A stretch of 64,000 nt of DNA, from assembly GCA_030390025.1 (NCBI GenBank), contig CM059439.1, positions 45,632,001 to 45,696,000 of the forward strand, read 5' to 3'. The notes beneath the pieces are model-generated. The model made no database searches. It was given only the letters and a program-made list of their open reading frames with translations, and was not told the origin of the DNA. The DNA is from Squalus acanthias (Eukaryota). Of the stretch, positions 1-14,159 are shown piece after piece; the stretch's first letter is position 1, and each line of letters opens with the position of its first letter. The position numbers and the translations under genes were made by a program.

Positions 1-2393
1 TTGAGTCACACATTAACTAACTTGCAAATGCACAGAAAGTTTAAATCTTGCTAAAAGGTTAATTTGTGCTAAATATTTGACAAATTGACAAATTTTAAGC
101 TGCCATGATGAGGCATAGAAATGAAAATGACAGCATTTAATCAGTTATTGCTCACAACTGCATAGCCAGGACATGTGCCTTGTCTCATCAAGAATTTTTC
201 TCCCCCTTGCCCCAAAACTGCCGACAACGCCTAAAGTAACAGGTTTGGTGGCAGTTTTGCAGCACACACCACATTTTTCTAATAATGTTAAATTGTGATG
301 AATTATAGATATTATAGCAGCCAACAGTTCCTTTCAGGTCTGCTGTGTAATATCAATCAGAATTTTTTTGAACAGCATTTATGGTACTGGTTTTAGTCAG
401 TGGATTTTTTTTTCCATTTAAATGTGTTGGGGGAAGGGGGAAAGGGGTGATTAGCCACTCCCAGGAACATTGCCCTCTGTAACTTAAGATTGAGAGAACA
501 GTGAAAGAATAAACCGGTATTGACAAGAAAGAAAACATCTATTCATTTCATCTCAGATACAGAACAACATGGTACATGGGGTTCAACAATAGTAAAATGT
601 ACAGACTCAAAGCATTTGTTTCAAATCACCATAGGCAACACTGAAGTTTACTGAGGCGCTAACAAAAATGAAAGTTAGTTGGTCAGGAAAATCCAAGTGG
701 TTACCCTGGCCAACTGTATTCTTAGCAATCACTAGGTGGTCAAACCACACTGCTGTGTTTATAATGTTGACTCATACCCACTCGGGGCCTTTTCTCAAGT
801 AACCAGCTAATCTGCTGTGTACAGTTATACATACCACAGCTCCCCACTCAATTTCCTTCTGAAGCTAGTGAGCACCATTTCACCTTTGGAGGGCACAGAA
901 ATTTTTGATTCATATTTTTAAAATATGATAGACTTATTTTAAAATATGTATATGATTTCAGCACTGCCAAGTCTCTTATTTCTCATAGGAGTCTCCCACA
1001 TTTTTTCTTAGATGATCTAATAGGAACCAATGACTATATCTCCATTTCCCCTCCTTCATTAATCTCCTGCATGAAAATCCTCGAAGCATGGCAGCTCTGC
1101 GACCTGTACTTTTATTATTTTCTGTAATGTTCTATATTTTAAATACTGATACAGAGCTAAGCACCATGCTGTTTAAGAAATAAGGTTCATGTGCTACAGG
1201 TGAAGGGAACAGAGGGTTTATGGGTCATTAAAATAATTAAATGTTCACTTTGCAACATTTAATCCCCAGCAAAATTAAACTTTAAAAAGGCGGATTCTGA
1301 ACAAAAACACATTAATTTCACTGAGAATGGAAATGGACAGAATAACAGCAAATAATCCAGTTGTTAAAACCACTAGTTCAAGGAACTGTTGAAGTTGAAC
1401 TGCTGAAACTAATGGACATTCCAGTGGAAGTGATCTGCCCTGTCTGACAGTGCTCCTGCTTAGGTCCCAGTACCTCTTGGAGGTGCATGTCAAATTCTAA
1501 CACAAGCTCTTGTGTAATGGCTCCTTCAATTGTAATTGGAAAAAGGCAAATTAATTACAGCTTTAATTATCTAATTTACGTATTTCTTTCTACAGCACAA
1601 CAATTTTAAAAGGACAGTGGTATTTTTATAATGGGATGCAGAGTACATAGTTGTTGACGTAACAAATATTTTTTCTTTCTTTAAAGATACTTCCATATAG
1701 AAGTACAGAACCCCCTTTGAAGCATAATTTTTCTTGCCTGGACTTAATGAATTTATTATTTATGAAATAAACAGATATTAATTTTAGCAGTATTACTGGA
1801 TTACTAAACCAATTGTTACAGTGAATTTCTTTCCATTAAACAAGAACAAGTGAGCTCTTGGAATACAAAATTGACAATGTCTCCCAACTTGCATCCACTC
1901 ACTTTATGTTAAAGAAAACATTGCTATTTTTTTTTTAAGTTTAGTCTAGCCCTGATTTAGGCTGAGATTACACTACAGGGAGCAAAAAAGGAGATAATAT
2001 ATCCTTGTATTATTTGGGAAGGTATAAAAGGGAACTGCCTCCTAATGGGTGGGTCATTATGCTAACTGGGCCGTGGAATTTGTGTGTGTGCAGTAAACAG
2101 TTAAATAAAAAGTTAACTTTTATTTGGAATAAGTGAGGAAAGAATTTATCAAACAGGCAAAAATTTCCATTGTTTTCTGTGGAACAGCTAATTACATTTG
2201 GTGAGGAATTTCATCTCCAGTCCTTGATGGCTGAAAAAGGCGGCCCAGTATTTACAAAGCTAAAGGTTTACCTTGGTTATGGTAAATTAGGACTCAAGAA
2301 CAAAATCAGTGAGGATCCAATCCAAACTAGATGGCAATAATGATTTTTAAGCTTTTAAAATAAATAAATAAGCAAGCCTCCTAGTAAACCATA

Positions 2394-3141
2394 AGGCTGA
2401 ATTTTAATGGGGAGGCGGGTTGTGAGCGGGGAGGGGGCTCCAAGGCAGTTGGGAAGCCTGGGAGAACGGGTTTCCCGCAGGCCCTGCCGAACTTAACGGC
2501 AGGGGCTGATTTGCATGGGAAACCTCTGTTTCCCACCCCCTGCCAGCCAGATTGAGAGGCTGGCTGGCTGCGGGCGGGTAGGCCTGTGGCACTAGGCCGC
2601 AGAGAGGAGGGATCTCGTGGAGGGCAGCCAGAGGAGCAGGGCGTGGGAACCAATCTGGGAGACGGGAGCAGCACAGCAGAGGGGTCGGGGGGCTGGGATC
2701 AGCACCCGGGGGGAGGTCGAGTGAAGATATGGGGCCAGGGTTGATAAGGGTGATCGGAAGCCTGGGGTGGGAAGAAATTGGAGGACTCATGGGGGATCTC
2801 CGATCACGGGGGAGTAGGTTAGGGGGGGACGCTGAATCCAGGAGTTAAGTGTAAAGGCACTTACCTCCTGCTTCCAGCAATCCTCGCCTTGCATTAGCTG
2901 GCAGACTTCACGAGGCCTGCAAAACCCGACCAGCTAAAGTTAAATTCAAAATGGAGGTAAAAATGCCTCATTATAATATTTAAATAGACGACCCACCTCC
3001 TGGGAGCGGGTTGGCTCCCCGCCCTCCCGTTCCACCTCCGTTAAAACCCGAAGTGGGTGGATTCTATTCGAGATTTAGATTTTTAACACTAACTTCCCAC
3101 ATGACCTCAACCCACCTGTTTTTTAGGTTAAACTTCCCCCC
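2394..3141. mobile_element. GC-rich non-autonomous PIF/Harbinger-type MITE in NFIA intron 2
   Basis: Imperfect TIRs AGGCTGAATTTTAA / (rc) GGGGGGAAGTTTAA, 3-bp TSD ATA (2391-2393 and 3142-3144), and an abrupt GC-rich body in AT-rich flanks. Confidence 0.75.
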
Positions 3142-6100
3142 ATAGTGAGGGAATGCAAATCCCCATTTGTTTTTCTATAAGCAATAATACCCTTTATGAG
3201 GGATGTACTTTTATTGGAACCGAGTCTAGTTGTTCAATATTTTGTCTCCCTTCGGAGACATATTTTGTTGTTAAATTTTTAAAAATTAAAGTTTTTGGAG
3301 CATTCATTCAAAATACAAGAGCCATCATTGTCGTGTACTATGACAGCAGCCACACTGGACACATTCTGGAACAATCTGTTCATCCATTTTAATAGTGTTA
3401 AGTTACAAGTACCCTAAATCCTTCAAAACAATCGCTCTGTGGGCCCAACTTGCAATAGTGCAATAAAGTATTTAGGAAGAAAATGCAAAATATCGACACT
3501 GTAAAGCTGTGTTATATTAACTGTAAAAGCAAACAGCAACTTTTCTGAATTAAAAGAGACACCATTAAATTGTCAGTAATCAGTGATGTCAATCTGTTTA
3601 CACATTACCCAGAAAAGTTCAGAGACATCCGTTTCCAAGGATGCATTTTGTGGCACTAATTACAGCTCGTTCAAACTTACATCCTTTACAACAGAGATTA
3701 AGAGAATGTATTAACATTCTAAAAGAGGTGGGGATGAAGGGCTACTCTGGGTACAGAAAAATAATGAAAATCAGTTTCATAGAACTGTGTTTTTTAAAAC
3801 ATCTCGCTTGAAGGCGGTGAAAAAATAGCAACACAACTCTTCTTCTAATAACACTAAGCGACTGTCTCAATTCAAAGATTTTTCTTTCAGCTTTCAAGTT
3901 CTTTGCGTAGGTAGCAATATTAAATGTAGAATCAACAGAGTATCGCTGTTATTTGGTTTGGTCAATAACACTTTTGGCAAAAATGATACAATATGTCAAA
4001 TTAACAAACCAGTGCCAAATTCTAGCCATGATACTGGACACACTGTCCTGACAAATATTCTACAACTCATTGTTTTCCCCCTTTTTATATTACAGATAAC
4101 GCTGCCACTGGAGCTTGCAATCAGCTTGACTACAGCACTGAAACTTTTATAGCGAGCTCCTATATTTTCTCTATTGGTCTCTGCTGGAATTGTGCCAGGT
4201 GGACATGATGAACATCAGCAAGGACAGCAATTGTCTTTAGCATTTACAATATATGGTACTTCCTAACTTCACATGTCTGATTTACATCTGCATCCTTAAT
4301 AGAACGAAGGAGTTTAAAAGGTTTCCAAATTCCGTGTGGCAAACGAGCAAGAGTGTTTGTTCTGAGATCAAGCACATGCAGCTTAAGCCCCGCATTGTAT
4401 TTGGAACCAAAAAAAAGCAAAATAGAAAAAAACAATATACTTCTGTATTTTACTGCCATTTGTGAAAATGTCAAACAGTTATTTTAATGGCCTACTCTAA
4501 AGCTAACCACTATGAAACACCGAAAGCCACGGGAGCAGGCCTGCATACTTCAAAAGCCTAGATTTAACCACAGAAGACAATGGCTAACAAAAAGTATTAC
4601 TTTCATCCTACCCACATCTTTCTGACTACAAAGAGCATTCCCAATGACTATACTCTATAGGTTTTTGCTATGCAAGAATAATCTGCGACAGTAACATTTA
4701 GCAGCTGAACACTGGAAGCACTCCTGGTGTTGAGGGACAGCGAAAAAACAAGCGCAATCATACAGCTGTTCAATAAAGCTCTTGCGGTTTGTCACTGGAC
4801 TAATTCTTTTTATCATTTGCTAAAGTTGGCCATAAACAAATCTGTGAATTGTGTATGTCCCGGAGAGCTGGTGCCCAGCTAAGACAAAACCTAACCTTCA
4901 TTATTTTTTGGAGAAGGCTGTCTGTTCGGTTAGAAAACATTTTCGGTCCTATGAGCAAGTTACTTGCTCAAGAAACATTTTACTCAGATACAATGATTTT
5001 ATATCTTTGTTTTTGAAGAAAATTTTAAATGTTGAGTTTAAAAAGTAACACCCGTTGTTTTCTCACTCCTTATTGAATTTTCACTTCCTTGATGTCACCC
5101 ACACAAGTAGCACAAGGAACCAAGAGTACTTTTTTGAGATTTTTCTCTTTTCACATTGCACCAAGGGTACTTTTTACAGTACTCCCACTGGGGCCAGATT
5201 GACTTATTTTGAAGTGGTGACCCTTATCAGACATCAGTGAGAGAGTGATCTCCGTCCCCAATCCGTGGGGGTCAGATTCAAACACTGCTCTCCATGGCAA
5301 CAGCTCGGCCTTAGTACACCAATACACCCCTGAAAGAACATGACAGATTCAATGGATGGACATAGCAAACTTTAGTTGTGTCTTCTACCCCCCAAACCCC
5401 CACCACAGCCACCAGCCACCCCCCCACCGCTCCACCCCCGCCCCAGTCTGGAGATTTCCTATTTTTTCTCACTGAAGAGATTTTCCATTGCTTAATCCTT
5501 ACTAAACCCAGAGACCTCAAAACAGCCAGTAAAGCTTCTTTGCACTATCCAGCTAATGGGGTGGGTTGTTAATTAATTAAGTCCTTTTAAAACAGCTAAT
5601 ATGGTCTAAATGTTTGAAAGCATTAATGAAAAAATGCCCTGATTTTTGTATTTGTCAGAGTCTTGGAAATGGTGCATTTTTGTTATTAAACAAATGGTGA
5701 ATGATGCAACAAGGATACGTTACTGATATTGAGAAGGGGAAGAAAACTTGTATTAAAATCTTTCCGTAATCTTCATTGAAGCATTTTTATTGCCGATTCC
5801 TGGTTAGACCACAAGATGGAGCAGCGAACAGATAGGGGCCTCCTGTGTAATGGGGGGTGATTGGGGGGGAGCTGGCGATGTAGGGTGGGGGAAAGCAGAA
5901 GTAATTTCTGTCCATTAATTGTGAAGGAGCATTTATAGCGACCACGGAAAATTCCAGTGCCCTAAATACTACATGCCAACAACTGGAGAAAGAACCATAG
6001 TCGAGGATCACAGCAATCAGGGCGTAATTGGAATGATGGAAAAAGAGAGAGACAGACAAAGAGAGAGGGGAAGAGAGTGGACGTTGAAGCACAAGTGAAA

Positions 6101-9100
6101 ATAAATCCCCGTTTAATATTTCACCTGGTGCTAGCAAGAGCTCTGCTGATATGAGGAATGAAACTCAAAAGTTGCTAGATGAACCCTTGAACTACTTTGC
6201 TGAACCCAGTGAGTTAGTAAAAATGAGGTCCGTTTGCTCGACTGATACAGAAATTGTCTTTCACATCATTCTATTTAATTGCAGGGTACATGTTTCACTG
6301 ACTGATTTTGAATGCCAATCATTGCTGCATTTTTTTCTCTAGGAGTGTCAACATTTAGCAAATCCAAAAGCTTTAAACCATATTGTTCCCACCAGCATTT
6401 ACAGCTTGACTACCTAGAGCTTCAGTTTGCCAAGAAAGGATTGAGGGAGTTTTTTTTTTAAATGTTGGCTATGTAGTCAGTCACACAAAAGAGTAAAGTC
6501 AGGATGTGCCAATGCATGAACATGTCACTGCAACTAACTAATTTAAAAAAAAGAAAACAAGAATGCGTTCCCAATTACATTAATTTTGTTTTAAATAATG
6601 GCTTTATAATAGAGAAAAGTAAACCTTCAGCACTTAGCACTGCTTTTATGGTCTTTAACCAGCAAATAGAGTTATCCACGTTTTCTGTTTTAAGTATTTG
6701 AATGGGCACTATGATATTTATCCATTTGCAGTAGTTACAGTCAAATCCTGCATCAGAACAGAGTACCAACATATAGTATGATACGGTTCTGTATAAATTT
6801 GGTAAAATCCACATTCGTTCACAATGCAAAATGAGATATTTAATTGGCTAACTTACACATCATCTATAAATGGAAATTACAAGAAAATTTGTCATTTTAA
6901 ACTTTTTTCTATTTATTATTGTTGTATTTTTCTAAAAGATTAATGATTCCTGGTGAAATCATTGAGGGAATTGGTTATGAGGAGTTACCAATCGAGAACA
7001 TTAGCATTGCTTGAAGTATAGCCATTAACCCAGGGTACCTCACTCATCGTATCATTTTAACTGTGTAGATTAATTTAGCTCCCTTGCACTGTCGTCCTAA
7101 CCAGTTCCTCGACAAGGTCATCGAGCACCTATTGCTTACTCAAACTTTAAAAAAATTAACAGAACTAAATAAAAGGAAACAAATAATCAAAAAAGGATGT
7201 TAAACATTAATAATAATTAGTTTTAACAACGTAGTCTTTAAGAAGAACAGTAATGGGGATATTCCCTCTTTAAAATATCTCCTCTCGTCTCTGAGGAAGG
7301 GGGTTCAATCACTACCCAAGATTTTGATCTTGCTTTTTTTAAATAAAAAAAAAAGCCTTGATTTTCTTAAAAGTGCTCGAGGTCCATGAAAGGCCAGAGA
7401 ATGGAAATAAAGTTTTTGATTACTATGTATGCAACCCAACAAAAGAGATTTTGTCTCTATAAAAAGAAACAGTATCCATTTTGTAGTCTTACAAGAGATA
7501 CATTTAATACCAGTCAGCCATCACGTAGACACACTTTACACAGAGTTCTCAAGGCTACTAATAAAAGTCAAAGCAGATAATGCCAAAACTGCAAAGATTG
7601 TATTTTACTGGCCCGTAAAAATATACTTGAAAAAACATTAAAAGGAGATTTTGTTAAAGAATCTTTGTTTAGTATTTTTAAAGGACGAGGGTGGTTTGAT
7701 CTTTAGTTTTGAATAATAATTGCCATTGGCCAAATAAAAGAGATACCGTCGCTAAAATAGTCTGCAAACCAATTTCTCACTTTGTTCTCTTTCTTGCTCT
7801 CTTTTGTTCACTCCAGCAGTTTTTTTTAATCCATCAAGAGGATTTCCAAATTAACTGCCTTGTGTGGGTGTACAGACTAACCAGACATAATCTTCAGAAA
7901 GTGGGTCAGCCTGAAGCAGCAGAAGGCGTGTCAGGTGAATAAAGTTTCAACATGTTGGATATAGGAGAGTTTGGCACAAGCTACCTTTCAGGACAGAGTT
8001 CAACGCCAAGGAATTTATACTGAAAGAAGCATCTGCACCATTTGTTCAATTAACACCTTTGCACTCCCCCCTCCCCCCCCCCCCCCACCCGTACACAGAC
8101 TCAGAAAAAAAGAGGAAACAAAAATAAATTAAATGAGTCCATTAAGCAAAAAAAAGTATCTTTCTGTTGGAATAAACTGGTTGAACTTTAAAAACTACAA
8201 GAAAAATCTAAACTATAAAACATGTCCCTTTTCATGTATCTCATTCCTTCTCGAAAGGACCAATATATCCATAATAAATTTAGTCAAACATGTTGATACA
8301 TTAGATTACAAGATTACAAAACTGTATTCACTTAAAGACAGTTTTGAAAAACATAGTATACAAAGTGAAATTAGAAAGGGAAGCTAGACTTTTGAAAAGG
8401 CTGGGAAATGCAACAAAGAAGGTTGCATTGCTATAACTGGTAAAAAAAAATACTATTGCTGAAGTTTAAAGAATTAATGCCAGGTTTTCTGTCAAAAATA
8501 TTAACAGCTTCCAAAACCAAACTATAACATCCATTCACTGGCTGGATCTATAACAGGCAGCAGAAGCGAATTAGAGCCGATGTCAAAATATGCACCAATC
8601 CAAATGGCTGGGGTCTCCCAGCAGTGAAGCCAAGGCTCTAACCAAGTGAAACGTTCAGCCCTGCTGTGTACTGCACTGACCACAACAAAGATTGTGGTTT
8701 CTACCACACTCACCCTAAATAGCTGAAAATTATTGTTATTCATCATGGCATGGAAAGAAAGGGAAATGTAAAACTGCTGCCGTTCAAAAGTGGTGGAAAT
8801 TGCCCTTGTGATATTCAAGGCTTTGTTACCACCAGATAAACCTGTGGCTGCTGATGGCTTACATACGAAGGACCTTTAGGGATTCCAGCAATTTGCATTT
8901 GTGGGTTTAAAAAAAAATCAAATGTTCATTATCGCAATTTGCTGCAATTATATCATAAGTTTGTACTCTACTGTAAATAATTATTTTGAAGTTGGGTAGT
9001 TCAAACATTTTAAAGTTTAAAAAGTTTATTCCTGCAAATATTTCAGTTTTCTTTTTTTTGTTTTGAATTACTGGAATTATCGGAATGCTATTTATATCTC

Positions 9101-9204
9101 AAATCTTAAAGAGAGATATATTGCCATGGAATTAGCATAGTATTTTCTTATAAATAATGCAATGGAATTATTGCAGTTTTAATTGAGAAATGATTTACAA
9201 TCAC

Positions 9205-9480
9205 ACACAAAGGAACACAAGAAAGTACAGGACTGGAAAAGACTCTGTAGTCTATCTAGCTTGTCCCAAAAACTAATACACCTCACTCACTCCCTCCCTC
9301 AAATGTTTATCCAATTCTTCCTTCATTTTTTTTTAACATACTATCTATCTCCACAGGCAGCTTGTTTCACATGCTCTGCATAAATAAGTTAAACCTAAAC
9401 TGTCGGTGCACCTTTTAATCCTGAGCCCGTGTCCCCTAGATCTACAGTTTGTGGCAACCTCTAACATATTATTCCAGGGT
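9205..9480 (-). mobile_element. Old CR1 LINE 3' fragment
   Basis: Degenerate resemblance to the CR1 3' end at 39221-39510 (tail, then ...cccgtgtcccctag, the reverse complement of TRGH coding). Confidence 0.5.
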
Positions 9481-12400
9481 AAATTCTACGTTTAGTATAG
9501 ATTATATAAAGGATTGTGTCAATAGTTGGGAAGACGGCGCCTTGTTTTCTTGATTTTGATTGTCCCTAATAACTCAAAGCACATTTCTGTAACTCTCATG
9601 GCAGTAACTTTAGTCCTGCAGTCCTTCACGGTAATCAATGTTTTGTGTACTATAGGAATGCTAATTGTGAATGTGGAAAGCTAGGTCGAGAAATAATTTC
9701 TGAATATAATAGTCTAGCTTTTCTGATCAGCATATTTTAACACTGGTAGTAATGCATTACTGTCGACATTAAAATAACACTGATCAGAAATACTAGGCTA
9801 ATGTCTTTTTTTGAAGATAGCAGATGCAAAAGGGATTAGGAAACACATTCATGTTCTGCAAAGAAAGTTCTGTAACAGAATGGTTAACAGACCCAGTAAA
9901 AAAATAAAAAGGTTACTTAATTAAAAGGGTAATTTTGATTTATGCAGCTTTGATCCAGTTTACAGATCTTACTGTTGGTCATCAGGGTAAAGAATTTGAC
10001 AGGGGGTCTATGGAGTACACTAGAGCAACATTTCATCAGATTCCAAACCAAACACTACATTAAAATGAGTTACAATGAAGTTAAGTAGCCCACATTTGAT
10101 AATCACATCTTTAAAAAAAATTCCTACTGGTAGTGGAGATCTAAAAGAACTTTTTTTGTAGGTTGCTTTTATTCCACTTTCTGGGAGAAAAAAAATAAGG
10201 GAGAAGCATGGGGCAAAGAAATCTTTAAAAAGGAACTTCTAAATGAAAACCAGCCAATCCTGGGTCTAAAATCTCATTCCACTTAAACTTGACTGTGAAG
10301 GATTCCCTCAACTCTTGGACTCTATTTCAACCCAGTTTCCCTTTCCACAAACTGTTTGCATAGGCAGTGGGTCACAACAATACTGACGAGCTGAAGACAG
10401 CACTCGCATGAGTGCCCACTAATAAGCAAAGATCACCGTTTATCTAAGAGGTCAAATGCCTGGTGGCTGGGGTCACGACCTAAACAACTTATGTCATGAC
10501 CCTTACACGTGCCTGGACTGATGCCATTCTGACTTGGGTCAGCTGCTAATGGTGCAGGCCATAAATTAGATTGTGCCTCGCACTTTTTCAAAAGAAAGTT
10601 TGTCTTCCTCCAATGCAGTATCATTCGAAGTTGTCACTTGATGCCTGTGTGGGGCATTGGACTGACAAAGGGAATCAATGGGTACAAAGAGCTTATCTAT
10701 TAACTTGCAAACTAAATGAAAAGATAACTAGATCATTTAGGACTGTTCAATCCTACTTCATTAATGCATTGTAATTCTCTAGGGGTTTTTTTTACTAGAA
10801 AGGGTTTATCAAAAACTATTGAGTATGGTTAAGAATTTAGCAAACACTAGATTACAATTTGCCATTATTGAACTTCTAAAATCTGAATTATTTTAATCTT
10901 GGTAAAATGTACTTGATAGTTATAACGCTTTCAGTTATCAATTGCCCTGCATAACTACAATGGCCTTTTTCATCTAAAGGCTGGCCTGCTAACATTGCTG
11001 ATAATTTTCAATCATACCCTGCGTAATCTTACCAAATGGCACTACAACTCTGGGATAATCTGAAGTATATAAAAAATGTCACGTGTTTTTCCCTTAGCTG
11101 CTGTGCTGTGGTCATTATTTCACTTCCACACTTATTCCACAAAGGGAGTGTTCGTTAGAATAGGTTTTGAATGTTCTCCTGCTGGTCTATAACTAAACCC
11201 TTAACATGCTAAACAAACAGAAACTCAGAACAGTTGGCATGACATTAGTCACTGATGCTTTCTATATTATGAATCTTTCGAGCAATATTAACTTAAATCA
11301 ACTGAAAGCAAACAATCCCTGAATTCAGGCCCTAACACACTCTAAAGCAATAAGTGTTACAGTACAGGTCAACAGAAAACAATAAAATCAAAGTGCATTA
11401 TTGATCACAGTTTCATATATTTGTTAAAAAAAATGATGTATTCTTCCATTATACCATGAGTACCTTGTGGTCTTCCAGCAATTGCTAAATCAGTTTTAAC
11501 AACTGCACTAGGTCTATTAACTAATATTCACAGCAAAATATTTCCACACTTCAAACTGTTGCTTATTAGCAGCAATTAGCGGCCTTGTTTTTTATACAGC
11601 TTTGTGTTATTTTCAAAAGACTGATGCATTGCTGAATAGTTATTTAAATTTATTTAGACAAAAGATTGAGAGAGAATATTATTTAACCACTCAACGCATT
11701 GAGCACGTGTTGAAAAGTTCAATTATCTACACTAAATATCAGAACCGAAAACACCCCTTTTCAGTTTTAGAAGAAAATTGTTTGATTTAATAAAAACCCA
11801 TCAGCGATATAATCGCTGTTCCCTAAAACATGGCGCTTCAGATCAGACTACAGGAAAGAGCCGAGCGTCAGCGAAAAAAAGTGGCCACGTATTCCCATGT
11901 TGGCTTTGGCATGTTGGACAAAGCACTTTTTAGAGTTCATGCTTTCTGCCAACACTGGCAGCTGCTCAGTCCATTGAAAACTCCTGAACCTTCCAAGCAG
12001 GCCAAAAACGGATCCAGTAGATTTTCTGCACACAACTCTCAGTGAGCATCCAATTTAAAAATACATATTGTTTAAGAGTACTGTGTGTGTTTCGTTCCAT
12101 TTATTTCAGTGAACATGCGACTGTGAGTACACTACATTTACAGAATTAAACACTTTTGTTCTTTGTGTTTAATCCTGATCCGTCCCTCCCCACTTCGTAG
12201 TTTTAATAAAATGTAGCATGCAATGTGGGGAGTGGAATAGAATTTATTTTCCAATGTATTTTGACTGCTTTGACACGTCAACCTTTAGCAGTTATCTCTG
12301 TGTTATTTTCAGAGCCAATGGCCACAAAGCTGACTAAAGTTTCTAATCTGCCAAAGCACTGTTGGTTTGGGACAAACAAAACGACCAAAGGTGGCAGCAA

Positions 12401-13496
12401 CAATCACAAAAAAATGCCTAAACACAAAATGTTTCAGAAAAAAATAAAGCTATTAAACGGTAAAAGATAATAATTAAAAAAAATTAACATTTTAAAAAAA
12501 AGATAAGAACAAAGCTTGCTTGGGGCTTATCCCAAGTGCTTGATATTCTGAAGATCAGTCATTTGCAGTGACAGGTTGCAACAGGAAGAAGTGCAAGGCT
12601 TTAGCATTGTACAACACTAGTTTATATTAATAGTGACAAACACAAGCAATAAAACCCTAAGTGTACAAGAGAATCAGATGGCTGAATCATTTCTGCATTC
12701 ATTTTATTCAATGACCACCACCTGCATTTACCACATAAACACACCCCTGTTCTCATGATGTACCTGTAAATATAAGAATGTCTGAAAAAGAACACAAGAT
12801 CTTTATCAAGGAGACTGGTGAAGAACAGTCACATACTGCATTGCTTTGCCACTAAGCAGTGAGTGGAATCCAGAGTTTGTCACTTCACTTGGGCAGCAGA
12901 CAATTCGCAGTACAAGACTCCTTAGTTCTTAGTTGCAGATTGCCACTGCTACTCCCAAGCTATTGTGCCAACGCTCTGGGGTATTGGTTGACCCAAATTT
13001 TCAAATCTATGATAATGCTTTTTCAGTTGTATGTGTTTTGTGTATTACACATTCCCACTAAAATTGCAGGGTATTTTTTTTTACACGTAAACAAAATGTA
13101 CTTCCTGCAGGAATTTTCATCTTCCATCGTAAGCTGTGAAGGGTGCAGGGGAGTGGGGGGAAAGAGAATGCTGGTTTGATCCTAAGGAAAAACTATATCA
13201 ATAAGGGCATGAGAAACACAGCTGGAAAGTTTAACAGCAGTTTGCAGATCCGGCCTGTAATGACCATTTGTGACTATTATACAAAAAAACTAAAATGCCG
13301 TTTAAAATCATAGATTGTTTTACCAAGTTTAGGCTGCACTTTGCAACAGGACAGGATCTAAATTATCTATAAGAACATGCAGTAGAAAGTTACCTTTACA
13401 GAAAAGTATGTACACAAGACAACCATTACAGGAGGTTAAATTTAAGGTGAGGACACATGCAGCGGAACCATTTCACAAGTACTAAAATCAAGTTTA

Positions 13497-14159
<663 letters not shown>

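Noticed and set aside
8600-8680. Loose minus-strand similarity to 5S rRNA (AGCAGGG...TGGTTAG...TGGGAGACC)
   Set aside because: Needs two large gaps and lacks the rest of 5S; too weak to call an rRNA or 5S-derived SINE.
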